A stretch of DNA of 63,837 bases, filler included, from Candidatus Rokuibacteriota bacterium (GTDB lineage: Bacteria > JAUVQV01 > DATDCY01): NCBI GenBank assembly GCA_031406795.1. It is 7 parts of 7 records of this genome, joined end to end, with 100 filler letters (N's around TTAATTAATTAA, not from the genome) between each part and the next. Parts side by side here need not be neighbours in the genome. Positions count along the whole stretch, not along the records: positions 33,331 to 43,983 come from JANOHV010000113.1; positions 44,084 to 49,784 come from JANOHV010000122.1; positions 49,885 to 60,371 come from JANOHV010000155.1; 4 more parts are not named here. One strand, given 5' to 3'. Positions 39,559 to 51,573 of the stretch are shown in pieces; the stretch's first letter is position 1; every line of letters begins with the position of its first letter. The translations under genes and the position numbers were made by a program. The notes below the pieces were generated by a model. It was not told the origin of the DNA and ran no database searches. It worked only from the letters and a program-made list of their open reading frames with translations.

Positions 39559-40893
39559 ATGACGGCGAAAACACGATCTCTGGCGGCGCTGGCGCTCGGC
39601 GCCGCTCTGCTGGGCGGGTGCGCGGCGGCGCGCGTGCCGGCGGACGACAACGGCCTGAGCCCCTACCCGCTCACGAAGAGCCTCAAGGCCGGCGACATCA
39701 TCCATCTGCCGACTGGCACTTCCATGAACTTCGATCAGGCGATGGAGATGATCGCCGCGGCGAAGATCATCTACGTCGGCGAGATGCACACCAACCTCCA
39801 GGCTCACGAAGTGCAGCGACGCATCATCGAGGAACTCGAACGGCGCTTTCCGGGCAAGGTCGCCATCGGCATGGAGATGTTCCGCGAGCCGCAACAGGCG
39901 GCGCTCGATCGCTGGACGCGCGGCGAGCTCACCGAAATGGGTTTTCTCAAGGAGTCGAAGTGGTACGACAACTGGGGCTCCGACTTCGGGCTCTACCGCG
40001 GCATCCTGACCTTCGCTCGCGACCACCGCATCGACGTGCGCGCGCTCAACCCCTCGAAGGAGATCCAGAAGCACTTCGCCCAGGCCGGCCCCGGGCCGCT
40101 GCCGCCCGAAATCGCCGGGAAGATCCCGGAAACCGACTTCACCGACCCCTTCCAGCGCGCCCTGCTCGAGGCGATCTTCAAGGGTCACGAGACGGGGAAA
40201 AAGCCCCCCGCCGCGGAGGCCGAGGACCCGATTGCGCAGCTTCTCGCGCAGGCCCCCGTGCGCGACAGCGCGGCGAGGACCAGGATGTTCGAGAGCTTCT
40301 ACCGCACCCAGATCCTCTGGGAGGAGTCGATGGCCGCGAATATCGTCGACTACCTCCAGAGCCCCGCCGGGGAAGGCAAGAAGATGGTCGTGATCGCGGG
40401 CGGCTTCCACGTGCGCTACGGGCTCGGCGTGCCGCGCAAGGCGCTGCGCCGCTGCGCGTGGCCCTTCGTGATCGTGCTGCCGACGGAGCTTTCGATCCCG
40501 GAGGAACTCAGGGACGAGTTGACCATGGACGTCGCGCCGCCCGAAATCCCGCTGCTCACCGGGGACTTCGCCTGCATGGTCCCGTACGAGGGCGTCGAGA
40601 CCAGGAAGGTACGCCTCGGCGTCATGATGCGCGTCGACGCCGGGACGGTGTTCATCGACAAGGTGCTGCCGGGCTCGCCGGCGGAGCAGGTCGGGCTCAA
40701 GGCCGGCGACGCCTTCGTCTCCCTCGACGATTTTCCCGTCACGGAACAGGGCGACGTGGTCCTCGTGATCGCCACCAAGCAGCCGGGCGATTGGGTGAAG
40801 GTCCGCGTGCGCCGCGATGGCGACGAACTGCTCTTCGCGCCGCTGCTCGCGCTTCCGCCGGAACAGCCCGCCGGGCACCACGCGAACCCCTAG
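39559..40893 (+). CDS. ChaN-family lipoprotein with C-terminal PDZ domain
   Basis: RBS GAGGAG, lipobox LGGC, YVGEMH, GMEMF, AGGFH.RYGLGVP, GSPAEQVGLKAGD. Confidence 0.8.
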   Translation: MTAKTRSLAALALGAALLGGCAAARVPADDNGLSPYPLTKSLKAGDIIHLPTGTSMNFDQAMEMIAAAKIIYVGEMHTNLQAHEVQRRIIEELERRFPGKVAIGMEMFREPQQAALDRWTRGELTEMGFLKESKWYDNWGSDFGLYRGILTFARDHRIDVRALNPSKEIQKHFAQAGPGPLPPEIAGKIPETDFTDPFQRALLEAIFKGHETGKKPPAAEAEDPIAQLLAQAPVRDSAARTRMFESFYRTQILWEESMAANIVDYLQSPAGEGKKMVVIAGGFHVRYGLGVPRKALRRCAWPFVIVLPTELSIPEELRDELTMDVAPPEIPLLTGDFACMVPYEGVETRKVRLGVMMRVDAGTVFIDKVLPGSPAEQVGLKAGDAFVSLDDFPVTEQGDVVLVIATKQPGDWVKVRVRRDGDELLFAPLLALPPEQPAGHHANP

Positions 40894-40913
40894 CCGCGAG
40901 GAGGTCGACGCCG

Positions 40914-41978
40914 ATGACCCGCCTGAAGACGCTGATCCCCGTACTCGCCGCCGGGATCTCCCTGCTCCTCCCGGCGTCGCTGGTTCACGCCGCCGACGGC
41001 GCCGCCGCCCCGCGCGAACCCGAGGAGCGGCACCTGGCCAACGTCCGCCAGCTGACCTCCGGCGGCCAGAACGCCGAGGCCTACTTCTCGGCCGACGGCA
41101 CGCGCATCATCTTTCAGTCCACCCGGCCGCCGTACGACTGCGACCAGATTTTCACGATGAACCTCGACGGCGGCGACGCGCGTCTTGTCTCCGGCGGCGC
41201 CGGCCGCACCACCTGCGCGTTCTTCCTCCCCGACGGCAAGGGCTTCGTCTACGCCTCCACGCACCTCGCGGGCGACGCCTGCCCCCCGCCGCCCGACCGC
41301 AGCCAGGGGTACATCTGGGCGCTCTACCCCGGGTACGACATCTTCCTCGGCACCGCCGCGGGCGGGGCGCCGGTGCGCCTGACCGACACCCCCGGCTACG
41401 ACGCCGAAGCCGCCGTCTCCCCCGATGGCCGCCGTGTCGTCTTCACGTCGGTCCGCGACGGGGACCTGGAGCTCTACACGATGAAGACCGACGGTGGCGA
41501 CGTGAAGCGTCTGACCAACCGGGTCGGCTTCGACGGCGGCCCGTTCTACTCCTGGGACGGCAAGTTCATCGTCTACCGCAGCAACTACCTCGACGACCCG
41601 AAAGAGATCGGCGAGTACCGGGCGCTGCTGGGCAAGGGGCTGATGCGGCCGACGCGGGCGGAAATCTTCTTCATGAACGCCGACGGCAGCGGTCAGACCC
41701 AGGTGACGAAAACGGGCGACGCCAACTGGAGTCCCTTCATGCACCCGAACAACCGGCAGATCATCTACTCCTCGAACATGCACGACCCGCAGAAACGCAC
41801 GTTCTCGCTGTACACGGTCAACACGGACGGCAGCGGCACCGAGCGGGTGACCTCCGGGGCGCGTTTCGACAGTTTCCCGATGTTCAACCGTGAGGGCACC
41901 AAGCTGCTTTTCTGCTCGACACGCAACGCCAAAGAGCCGCACGAGTTCAACATCTTCATCGCCGACTGGGTGCCGTGA
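40914..41978 (+). CDS. TolB-like PD40 beta-propeller protein
   Basis: NAEAYFS.DG, YDAE..VSPDG, FTSVRDGDLELY. Confidence 0.85.
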   Translation: MTRLKTLIPVLAAGISLLLPASLVHAADGAAAPREPEERHLANVRQLTSGGQNAEAYFSADGTRIIFQSTRPPYDCDQIFTMNLDGGDARLVSGGAGRTTCAFFLPDGKGFVYASTHLAGDACPPPPDRSQGYIWALYPGYDIFLGTAAGGAPVRLTDTPGYDAEAAVSPDGRRVVFTSVRDGDLELYTMKTDGGDVKRLTNRVGFDGGPFYSWDGKFIVYRSNYLDDPKEIGEYRALLGKGLMRPTRAEIFFMNADGSGQTQVTKTGDANWSPFMHPNNRQIIYSSNMHDPQKRTFSLYTVNTDGSGTERVTSGARFDSFPMFNREGTKLLFCSTRNAKEPHEFNIFIADWVP

Positions 41979-42165
41979 TCGGGGAGGGCGAGAAACCCGG
42001 GCGTTCCCGTTCGTCGCTTCGGGGTCCTGCCTGCCACCCCGCCGCTGGTGTGGTCGCTGCGGACCTCCATCGGCCTCGCTACGCTCCCCCGCTGGAGACC
42101 TCCCCTTCGCGCCACCCCTCACGCTCCAGGCGATGATCAGTAGAAGCGAGATGCCCCGTATGAGC

Positions 42166-43983
42166 ATGAGTGAATTGCGGCGTTCGACTGCGATCGCTGC
42201 CGCGTTGTGTTTGGTTTTGATCACAGGACCCGTTGAGGCAGCGTCGATCCTCCACCACGACCTTGAGGTGCGGCTCGAGCCGGCAACGCACACGCTCGCC
42301 GTGCGCGACCGCATCACTTTCCCGGCGGCGACGCCGCGCGAACTCGTCGTGCTGCTGCACCCCGGCCTCGCGCCGCGCGTCGAGGAGTCGACCGCGACGC
42401 TCGCCGCCCTCGAGAGCGGCGATGACGCGGCCGTCGCGACGCGCTACCGTCTCTCGCTTGCGCCGGGCGTCGACACCGTCACCCTGAGCTACCGCGGCGT
42501 GATCGACCACCCGCTCGAGCAGGTCGGCGAGGAGTACGCCCGCGGGCAGACGGAGACGCGGGGGACCATCTCCCCCGGGGGCGTGTACCTCGCGGGAGCC
42601 GCGCGCTGGTACCCGCAGTTCGAGGCGGGGGGGCTCTTCAGCGCCACCTTGAGCGTCGATCTCCCCGAGGGCTGGGACGCGGTGAGCCAGGGCGTCCGGG
42701 CCGGCCACGAGATCACCGACGGCCGCCGGCGCGTGCGCTGGGAATCCCGCGAGCCGCAGGACGATCTGTGTCTCGTCGCCGATCGCTACACGGAGTACGG
42801 CGCCCGCGCCGGCGGCGTCGAGGCCATGGTCTTCCTGCGCGCCCCGGACGACGCGCTCGCCCGGCAGTACCTGGAGGCGACCACGGGGTATCTGGCGCTC
42901 TACGCTTCGCTCATCGGCCCCTACCCGTACGGCAAGTGGGCGGCGGTGGAGAACTTCTGGGAGACCGGGTACGGCCTGCCATCCTTCACGCTGCTCGGGC
43001 CGAAGGTCATCCGCTTCCCTTTCATTCTGCACAGCTCCTACCCGCACGAGATCCTGCACTCGTGGTGGGGGAACGGAGTCTTCGCCGACACGGCGGGCGG
43101 CAACTGGTCCGAGGGGCTGACCGCGTACCTCGCCGATCACCTCGTCAAGGAGCAGCGGGGCGAAGGGGCCGAGTACCGGCAGACGACGCTGCAGAAGTAC
43201 GCCGACTACGTGCTCTCCGGCCGCGACCTGCCGCTGAGCGATTTTCGCTCGCGCCACGGCTCCGTGACGGAGGCCGTCGGCTACGGCAAGAGCCTGATGC
43301 TCTTCCACCTGCTGCGTCTCGAGCTCGGCGACGCCGCCTTCGTCGGGGGGCTGCGCGAGTTCTGGGGCCGGATGCGCTTCGCGACCGCGTCGTTCGCCGA
43401 TCTCCGCCGCGCTTTCGAGCAAGCTTCGGGAAGGGAGCTCGGCTGGTTCTTCGACCAGTGGGTGACCCGCACCGGCGCCCCGCAGCTGCGTCTGCGAGGG
43501 GCTCGTGCCGCCGGCCCGGACGGACGCGATCTGGCATTGACGCTTGAGCAGACGCAGGCCGGCGACCCCTACCGTCTGCGCGTGCCGGTGGCGGTCACCG
43601 TAGAGGGCGGCGCCGAAGCGGTCGTCGCGGTCCTCGAGATGACCGGGCGCACCCTCGAGACGACCATCCCCGGTCTCCCGGGTCGCCCGCTGCGCGTGGA
43701 CGTCGACCCCGGGTTCGATCTCTTCCGCAGGCTCGACCGCAACGAGATCCCGCCGGCGCTGAGCCAGGCCTTCGGCGCGGACAAGGCGCTGGTCCTGCTG
43801 CCGGCAGCCGCGCCGCCGGCGCTCGCCGCAGCCTATCGCGACCTTGCCGGCGCGATCGGGCGCTCGGGCCCCGGCGACGTCGAGATCCGCGAAGACCGGG
43901 AGTTCACCGATCTGCCCCCCGATCGGGCGATCTTTCTGCTCGGGTGGGAGAACCGGTTCCTGCCCGCCCTGCGCGGCGCGATC
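42166..43983 (+). CDS. M1-family metallo-aminopeptidase (truncated)
   Basis: HEILHSWWGN...WSEGL; YGKS. Confidence 0.85.
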
Positions 43984-44083
43984 NNNNNNNNNNNNNNNNN
44001 NNNNNNNNNNNNNNNNNNNNNNNNNNNTTAATTAATTAANNNNNNNNNNNNNNNNNNNNNNNNNNNNNNNNNNNNNNNNNNNN

Positions 44084-44680
44084 CGCGCGATCGACGCGCC
44101 GCGATTCGCCCGGCTGCTCGCCGACTGGCGCGGCTTCCTGCTCCGGCCGACGCCGAGGCGTCCCGCCGGCGCCCCGAACGCGCTGCGCCCGTGCGCCGGG
44201 CTGGCCGCGGAGCGCATCGGCCGGATGCACCGGCGCGCGCTGCGCGAAGGCGCCGCGATCGGCGCCGCTTCACCGCCCGCCGACCTGCACGAGCTGCGCA
44301 AGACCTGCAAGAAGCTGCGCTACCTCGTGGAGTTCTTCCAGTCGCTGCTGGACCGGGAGACGGCGGAAGGGGCCATCGCCTCGCTCAAGGGTCTCCAGGA
44401 CACGCTCGGCTTCTTTCAGGACCGTCAGGTCCAGGCCGACGCGCTGCTCGGGTACGCCCGCGAGCTGGCGCGGGAGGGCCGGGCCGCGCCGCCAACCTAC
44501 CTTGCCCTGGGCATGCTCGTCGAGCGCCTGCGCGAAGAGCAGGCCCGGGCGCGAATCGAATTCGCCGGTCAATTCGCGCTGTTTTCGCGCAAGGCCGGCC
44601 GCAAGAGCTGGAAGCGGCTGCTCGCCAGCGCGGCCATGGACGCCGCCGCGGCGCACGGCGGGGAGAGCCGCGATGGCTAA
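44084..44680 (+). CDS. CHAD-domain protein (5'-truncated)
   Basis: LHELRKTCKKLRYLVEFF; LQDTLG..QD. Confidence 0.85.
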   Translation, partial: RAIDAPRFARLLADWRGFLLRPTPRRPAGAPNALRPCAGLAAERIGRMHRRALREGAAIGAASPPADLHELRKTCKKLRYLVEFFQSLLDRETAEGAIASLKGLQDTLGFFQDRQVQADALLGYARELAREGRAAPPTYLALGMLVERLREEQARARIEFAGQFALFSRKAGRKSWKRLLASAAMDAAAAHGGESRDG

Positions 44681-45152
44681 GGAGATCGAGCGCAAATTCC
44701 TCGTCGTGGGCGACGACTGGCGGGCGGGCGCCCTGGGCATCCCGTACCGTCAGGGCTACCTCAGCGCCGGGGCAGATGCCATCTGCACGGTACGCGCGCG
44801 CGTCGCCGGCGAACGCGCCTTCCTCACCGTCAAGGGGCGGGCCGTCGACGGGGCGCGGGACGAATACGAGTACCCGATCCCGGTCGCCGATGCCGAGGAG
44901 ATGCTCGAGCGCCTCTGCGTCGGCGGACGCGTCGAGAAACTCCGCCACCGGGTGCCGTTCGCCGGGCGCGTCTGGGAAGTCGACTCCTTCAGCGGCGAGA
45001 ATGCCCCCCTGGTCATCGCGGAGGTGGAATTGGACAGTATCGACGCCGATGTCGCGCTCCCCCCGTGGGTCGGGCGCGAAGTGACGGACGATCCGCGCTA
45101 CACCAACGCCGCGCTTGCGCGGCACCCGTACGCGCGCTGGGGACGGCCGTGA
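44673..45152 (+). CDS. CYTH-domain triphosphatase
   Basis: EIERKFLV; QGYL; EVTDDPRYTN. Confidence 0.9.
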   Translation: MAKEIERKFLVVGDDWRAGALGIPYRQGYLSAGADAICTVRARVAGERAFLTVKGRAVDGARDEYEYPIPVADAEEMLERLCVGGRVEKLRHRVPFAGRVWEVDSFSGENAPLVIAEVELDSIDADVALPPWVGREVTDDPRYTNAALARHPYARWGRP

Positions 45153-45577
45153 AGGGCGAACGCAAGCCGGATTCCTGGTACCGCCAATCGGGGGTCATCG
45201 CCGTGCGCGTGCGCGACGGCGCGCCCCAGGTGCTGCTGGTGACCAGCGCGGGCGGCAAGCGCTGGGTGATCCCGAAGGGCATCGTCGAGGAGGACCACTC
45301 GGCTGCGAGTTCCGCCGCGAAGGAGGCCTGGGAGGAGGCGGGCGTCACCGGCCGGGTGTCGCGCAGGATGATCGGCCGCTATCGCTACGAAAAATGGAAC
45401 GGCGTCTGCTCGGTGCTCGTCTATCGGCTCGATGTCGATGAAGTGCACCGCGAATGGCCGGAGGCGCACGTGCGGCGCCGCAAGTGGCTGAGCCCGACGG
45501 CGGCGGCGAAACGCGTCGGCGACTCGGTGCTCGCGTGCCTGATCCTCGACGCGTTCCCCGGGAGGCCCCGATCGTGA
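45149..45577 (+). CDS. NUDIX hydrolase
   Basis: RWVIPKG...AAKEAWEEAG; WPE. Confidence 0.85.
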   Translation: MKGERKPDSWYRQSGVIAVRVRDGAPQVLLVTSAGGKRWVIPKGIVEEDHSAASSAAKEAWEEAGVTGRVSRRMIGRYRYEKWNGVCSVLVYRLDVDEVHREWPEAHVRRRKWLSPTAAAKRVGDSVLACLILDAFPGRPRS

Positions 45578-46068
45578 AGCGCCTGATCATCGTCCGGCAT
45601 GCGAAAGCCGAAAAGACCGCGGCGCGCGGGGGTGATTTCGCCCGCCCGCTCGCCTCGCGCGGCGAGGACGACGCGACCGAGATGGGGCGACGGCTCGCCC
45701 GCGGCAAGGTGCACCCCGACGCCATGCTCGCCAGTCCGGCGGCGCGTACCAGCGCGACCGCCCGGCTCATCGCGCGCGAGCTGGACTTCCCGTGGGCCGA
45801 GATCCGCATGGAGAAATCCATCTACCTCGCCGACGACGCGACGCTGCTGGATCTGGCGCGCGAACTCGATGACCGCGTGGAAACCGCGCTGCTGGTGGGG
45901 CACAACCCCGGCGTCACGGAGCTGGCGCACGCGCTGGCTCGGGGCTTCACGCAGGAGTTGCCGACCGCCGCGGTTGTCTCCATCGACCTGCCCGCCGACA
46001 CCTGGGCCGGCGTGAAGCGCGGCAGCGGCACCCTGCGCGCGTACGACTACCCGAAGAAAAGCCCATAA
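45574..46068 (+). CDS. sixA: SixA-like histidine phosphatase
   Basis: RHAKA, SPA.R..TA, VGHNP. Confidence 0.85.
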   Translation: MKRLIIVRHAKAEKTAARGGDFARPLASRGEDDATEMGRRLARGKVHPDAMLASPAARTSATARLIARELDFPWAEIRMEKSIYLADDATLLDLARELDDRVETALLVGHNPGVTELAHALARGFTQELPTAAVVSIDLPADTWAGVKRGSGTLRAYDYPKKSP

Positions 46069-46131
46069 GCCCGCCGGAGGGGCCATCTCCTGCAGCAGGA
46101 CCCCGCAGCCGGAGCGCGGCCGGCCGGTTCC

Positions 46132-47394
<1,263 letters not shown>

Positions 47395-47410
47395 GCTGTT
47401 TCAGGCCTCC

Positions 47411-47992
<582 letters not shown>

Positions 47993-48007
47993 ACCAGTTC
48001 CCCTTCC

Positions 48008-49294
48008 TTACGCTGTCTTGGCCCGCTGGACCACCCAGTCGAGGGTCTTGTCCTCGAGCAGGGCGGCCGTGAGGCCGGCCATGGTCTCGTTCTGGATCAG
48101 GCGCCGGCGCACCTCGCCCGGCTCGAGCTTGTTGGCGGTGGCGATCTTCACGATCTCGGCCGCCAGCTCTTCGTCGGCGATGGCGATCTTCTCGCGTTCG
48201 GCGATCGCCTCGAGCAGCAGGGCGATCCGGGCCTTCTTCTCCGCGGCCGGCCCGGCGTCCTCGCGGATCGACGCCCGCGTCTTCTGCACTTCGGCCCACG
48301 GCATCCCGCGCATCGCCAGGTAGCGCTCGGCGTCCGCGATCATCGTCTCCTTGCGGCGCTCGATCATCGTTGGCGGCACTTCGATCGGGTTGAGTTCGGC
48401 AAGCCGGCTCACGACGGCGTCGCGCAGCCGGTTGCGGGCGGCGATCTCCTTGGAGTGCCGGAGGTTCTCGCGCATCTTGGTCTTGAGATCCTCGAGCCCC
48501 TGGTACTCGCCGACGTCCTTCGCGAACTCGTCGTCCAGGGCCGGCAGGATGCGCTCGCGCACTTCGACGACCGTCACCGTGAACAGCGCCTCCTTGCCCG
48601 CCAGTTCCGGGTCGCCGAACTGCTCGGGGAGCCGGAGGGTGAACTCGCGGGTCTCGCCGGCCGCCGCGCCGATCAGGTTGTCCTCGAAGCCCGGCGGGAA
48701 GGTGCCGCCGCCGAGAGTCACCGGGAAGTCCTTGCCCGAGCCCCCGGGGATCGGCTTGCCGCCGGCGGTGCCCTCGAAGGTGATGACCGCCACGTCGCCG
48801 TCGCGCAGCCCGCGCGCCTCCTCGAGCTTCTTCACCGTGGCGTGGCTCTGGCGAACCTCCTCGAGCAGGCGCTCGAGTTCCTCGTCCTTGACCTCGATTG
48901 TCTCGCCGGCGACCTCGATCCCGACGTAACCGGCCGGTTCGAAGCGCGGCCGGACCTCAAACTTCGCGACGTACGTGAACGGCTGGTGCTCCTCGAGGGC
49001 CGTGATCTCGAATTCCGGCTCGGCGACCGGCTCGATCGCGACCTTGCCGAGCGCGGCGTCGAAGGTGTCGCCGATGAGCCCGCGCGCGACGTCCGCGGTG
49101 ACGTCGCCCCAGTACAGACGGCGGATTACGTCGGCCGGGACCTTGCCCTTGCGAAAGCCGGGCTGCACCGCCTTGCGGCGGTAGTCGCGCAGGACGCTCT
49201 CGAAGCGGCCATCGACCTCGGCGGCGGGGACTTCGATCGTGATCGAGCGCGTGACGGCGCTCGGCTCTTCAACGGAAACCTTCAACTCCTCCAC
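48008..49294 (-). CDS. tig: Trigger factor
   Basis: PGFRKGKVP signature; FKBP domain; tig-clpP-clpX synteny. Confidence 0.95.
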   Translation of the reverse strand: MEELKVSVEEPSAVTRSITIEVPAAEVDGRFESVLRDYRRKAVQPGFRKGKVPADVIRRLYWGDVTADVARGLIGDTFDAALGKVAIEPVAEPEFEITALEEHQPFTYVAKFEVRPRFEPAGYVGIEVAGETIEVKDEELERLLEEVRQSHATVKKLEEARGLRDGDVAVITFEGTAGGKPIPGGSGKDFPVTLGGGTFPPGFEDNLIGAAAGETREFTLRLPEQFGDPELAGKEALFTVTVVEVRERILPALDDEFAKDVGEYQGLEDLKTKMRENLRHSKEIAARNRLRDAVVSRLAELNPIEVPPTMIERRKETMIADAERYLAMRGMPWAEVQKTRASIREDAGPAAEKKARIALLLEAIAEREKIAIADEELAAEIVKIATANKLEPGEVRRRLIQNETMAGLTAALLEDKTLDWVVQRAKTA

Positions 49295-49340
49295 GGGGAT
49301 CTCCTTGCAAGGGGGGTTGGTGTCGCCTGAGTCGGGCTTC

Positions 49341-49426
49341 TGGTGCGAAAGGGGGGACTTGAACCCCCACCCCGTCTCCGGGACTGGATCCTAAGTCCAG
49401 CGCGTCTGCCATTCCGCCACTTTCGC
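49341..49426 (-). tRNA. tRNA-Leu(TAG)
   Basis: GCGAAAG...CTGGA CT TAG GA TCCAG, long variable arm, TTCAAGT, CCA end. Confidence 0.95.
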
Positions 49427-49444
49427 CCGGAGACTGAAAAAATA

Positions 49445-49520
<76 letters not shown>

Positions 49521-49545
49521 ACATTCACCATACTATCACATCTAC

Positions 49546-49621
49546 TGGGGTGAGTGAAGGGATTTGAACCCTCAACCCCCTGAGCCACAGTCAGGTGCTC
49601 CACCATTGAGCTACACCCACC
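49546..49621 (-). tRNA. tRNA-His(GTG)
   Basis: G-1 GTGGGTG...CTGA CT GTG GC TCAG...CCCA. Confidence 0.93.
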
Positions 49622-49650
49622 ACAACCCCGTCAATCACAACGGCCCGCGT

Positions 49651-49679
49651 ACCCTACGAAAAATGCAACGGAATGTCAA
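49651..49679 (-). promoter_or_regulatory. sigma70 promoter of the tRNA-tig operon
   Basis: TTGACA-N17-TAGGGT followed by a GC-rich discriminator. Confidence 0.55.
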
Positions 49680-49885
49680 GGTGACGACCGCCGAGGGGTG
49701 CACGACAAGAAAGTGTGAGTTGACATAGGGCTGCGATCTGGCATCATGTCTGTCATACAGTTCAAATGACAGGGAGGATGCCATNNNNNNNNNNNNNNNN
49801 NNNNNNNNNNNNNNNNNNNNNNNNNNNNTTAATTAATTAANNNNNNNNNNNNNNNNNNNNNNNNNNNNNNNNNNNNNNNNNNNNC

Positions 49886-50635
49886 GCCTCGATGGAGGAC
49901 TACACGCTGGCTTTCCGGCGGCTGGTGAACCTCGTGCCGGGCAACGGCTTTCTCGCGGTGAATGCCGCCGACGCGGTGGCCACCGAAGTCGCCACGGGCT
50001 GCCGCGGACGGATCATCCCCGTCGCGCCCGGGGCTGCCGCCGCCTTCGACTTCCCCCTCCCCGGCGAGCACTTCCGGCTCGACGCCCTCCTCGCCGCGGC
50101 TGCCGCGGCGGCGCTCGGCCTCACGTCCGAGGAGATCGCGCAAGGCATGGCGAGCTACCGCGGCGTCAAGCGGCGGCTCGAAGCGGTCTTCTCCGCGGCC
50201 GGGGTGACGCTCTACGACGACTTCGCGCACCACCCGACGGCAATCCGTCTCGATCTGGAGACGCTGCGGGCCAAGCACCCCGGCGCGCGCATCCGGGCCC
50301 TGTTCGAGCCGCGTTCGAACACCCTGCGCCGCGCGATCTTCCAGGAAGCGCTCACGGCGGCGTTCGCCGCGGCGGACGAGGTGATCGTCGGGGCGGGGCA
50401 CCGCGCGGCCCAGCTCGACGCCGCGGAGCGCCTCGACCCGCAGCGTCTCGTGCGCGATCTTGTGGCGTCCGGGCGGCTCGCGCGCCACGAAGAGGATGCC
50501 GGGGCGATCGCCGCGGCGATCCTCGCCGACCTGCGCCCCGGCGACGTGGTGGCGGTACTCTCCAACGGCTCGTTCGGCGGGCTGATTCCCCGGCTGCGCG
50601 GAGAGTTCGAGACGTGGGCGGCAGCGCAGCGCTGA
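49886..50635 (+). CDS. mpl: Murein peptide ligase C-terminal part (5'-truncated)
   Basis: GVKRRLE, DDFAHHPTAI, FEPRSNT, SNGSFGG. Confidence 0.85.
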   Translation, partial: ASMEDYTLAFRRLVNLVPGNGFLAVNAADAVATEVATGCRGRIIPVAPGAAAAFDFPLPGEHFRLDALLAAAAAAALGLTSEEIAQGMASYRGVKRRLEAVFSAAGVTLYDDFAHHPTAIRLDLETLRAKHPGARIRALFEPRSNTLRRAIFQEALTAAFAAADEVIVGAGHRAAQLDAAERLDPQRLVRDLVASGRLARHEEDAGAIAAAILADLRPGDVVAVLSNGSFGGLIPRLRGEFETWAAAQR

Positions 50636-51573
50636 GTCTCCCCCCCCGCCTGCAACCCGGCGATCTCGTCGCGATCGCGGCGCCGGGGAGCGCCTTCGAC
50701 CGCGCGGCCTTCACACGCGGCACCGAGTTCATCGCGGCGCAGGGCTACCGCGTTACCTGGCGCGCCGACATCACCACCCGCGCGGGGTACTTCGCCGGCG
50801 ACGACGACCGCCGCGCGGCGGAACTCAACTCCTGGCTGCGCGACCCCGACGTGCGGGCGATCCTGTTCGCGCGCGGCGGCTACGGCACCTCGCGCATCGT
50901 CGAGCGGCTCGATTTCAAAGCACTGCGCCGACGCCCGAAGGCGATCGCGGGCTTCTCCGACCTCACGGTGCTGCTGCTCGCGGCCACGCAGCTCGCCGGC
51001 ATCGCGGCCTTTCACGGGCCGATGGTCGCCGGGGCGGGCAAGGGCAGAGACGGCGAGCGCGACCTGGCGCGCCTGCTCGCACTGCTTGCGGGCAAACCCG
51101 GCCCGCGCGCGCATCGCGGGTTGCGCACGCTGCGCCCCGGCTGCGTGCGGGCGCCCGTCACGGGCGGCAACCTGAGCCTGCTGGCGCACTCGGTCGGCAC
51201 CCCGTTCGAAGTCGCGACGCGCGGGCGCATCCTCTTCGTCGAAGAGATCGGCGAGGCACCGTACCGGATCGACCGCATGGTGCGGCAGTTGCAGCTCGCC
51301 GGGCTCTTCCGTGAGGTGGCCGGGGTGGTGCTCGGACAGTTCTCGGGGATCAAACCCGGCGATCGTCGCGCCGTGGCCGGGCTCTTTCTCGAAGCGCTGG
51401 GCGGCCGCGCGGTGCCGGTCGCCGCGGGCTTCCCCGCCGGGCACGATTCACCGAACCGCGCGCTCCCGTTCGGGGTGGATGCGAAGCTCGACGCGAGCGC
51501 CGGGACGATGAGCTTCGATCCGTGCGTGGGGGACGTCCAACCCCCCGCTGCTTCGGGAAGACGACGGCCGTGA
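50614..51573 (+). CDS. ldcA: LD-carboxypeptidase (S66)
   Basis: RGGYG, GFSD, GGNLS, EE.GE.PYRIDRM, GH. Confidence 0.9.
   Translation: MGGSAALSLPPRLQPGDLVAIAAPGSAFDRAAFTRGTEFIAAQGYRVTWRADITTRAGYFAGDDDRRAAELNSWLRDPDVRAILFARGGYGTSRIVERLDFKALRRRPKAIAGFSDLTVLLLAATQLAGIAAFHGPMVAGAGKGRDGERDLARLLALLAGKPGPRAHRGLRTLRPGCVRAPVTGGNLSLLAHSVGTPFEVATRGRILFVEEIGEAPYRIDRMVRQLQLAGLFREVAGVVLGQFSGIKPGDRRAVAGLFLEALGGRAVPVAAGFPAGHDSPNRALPFGVDAKLDASAGTMSFDPCVGDVQPPAASGRRRP

Noticed and set aside
39000-41978. 992-aa ORF
   Set aside because: Only 40914 onward is protein-like (own RBS and signal peptide); the rest is an off-frame shadow of mutT/chaN.
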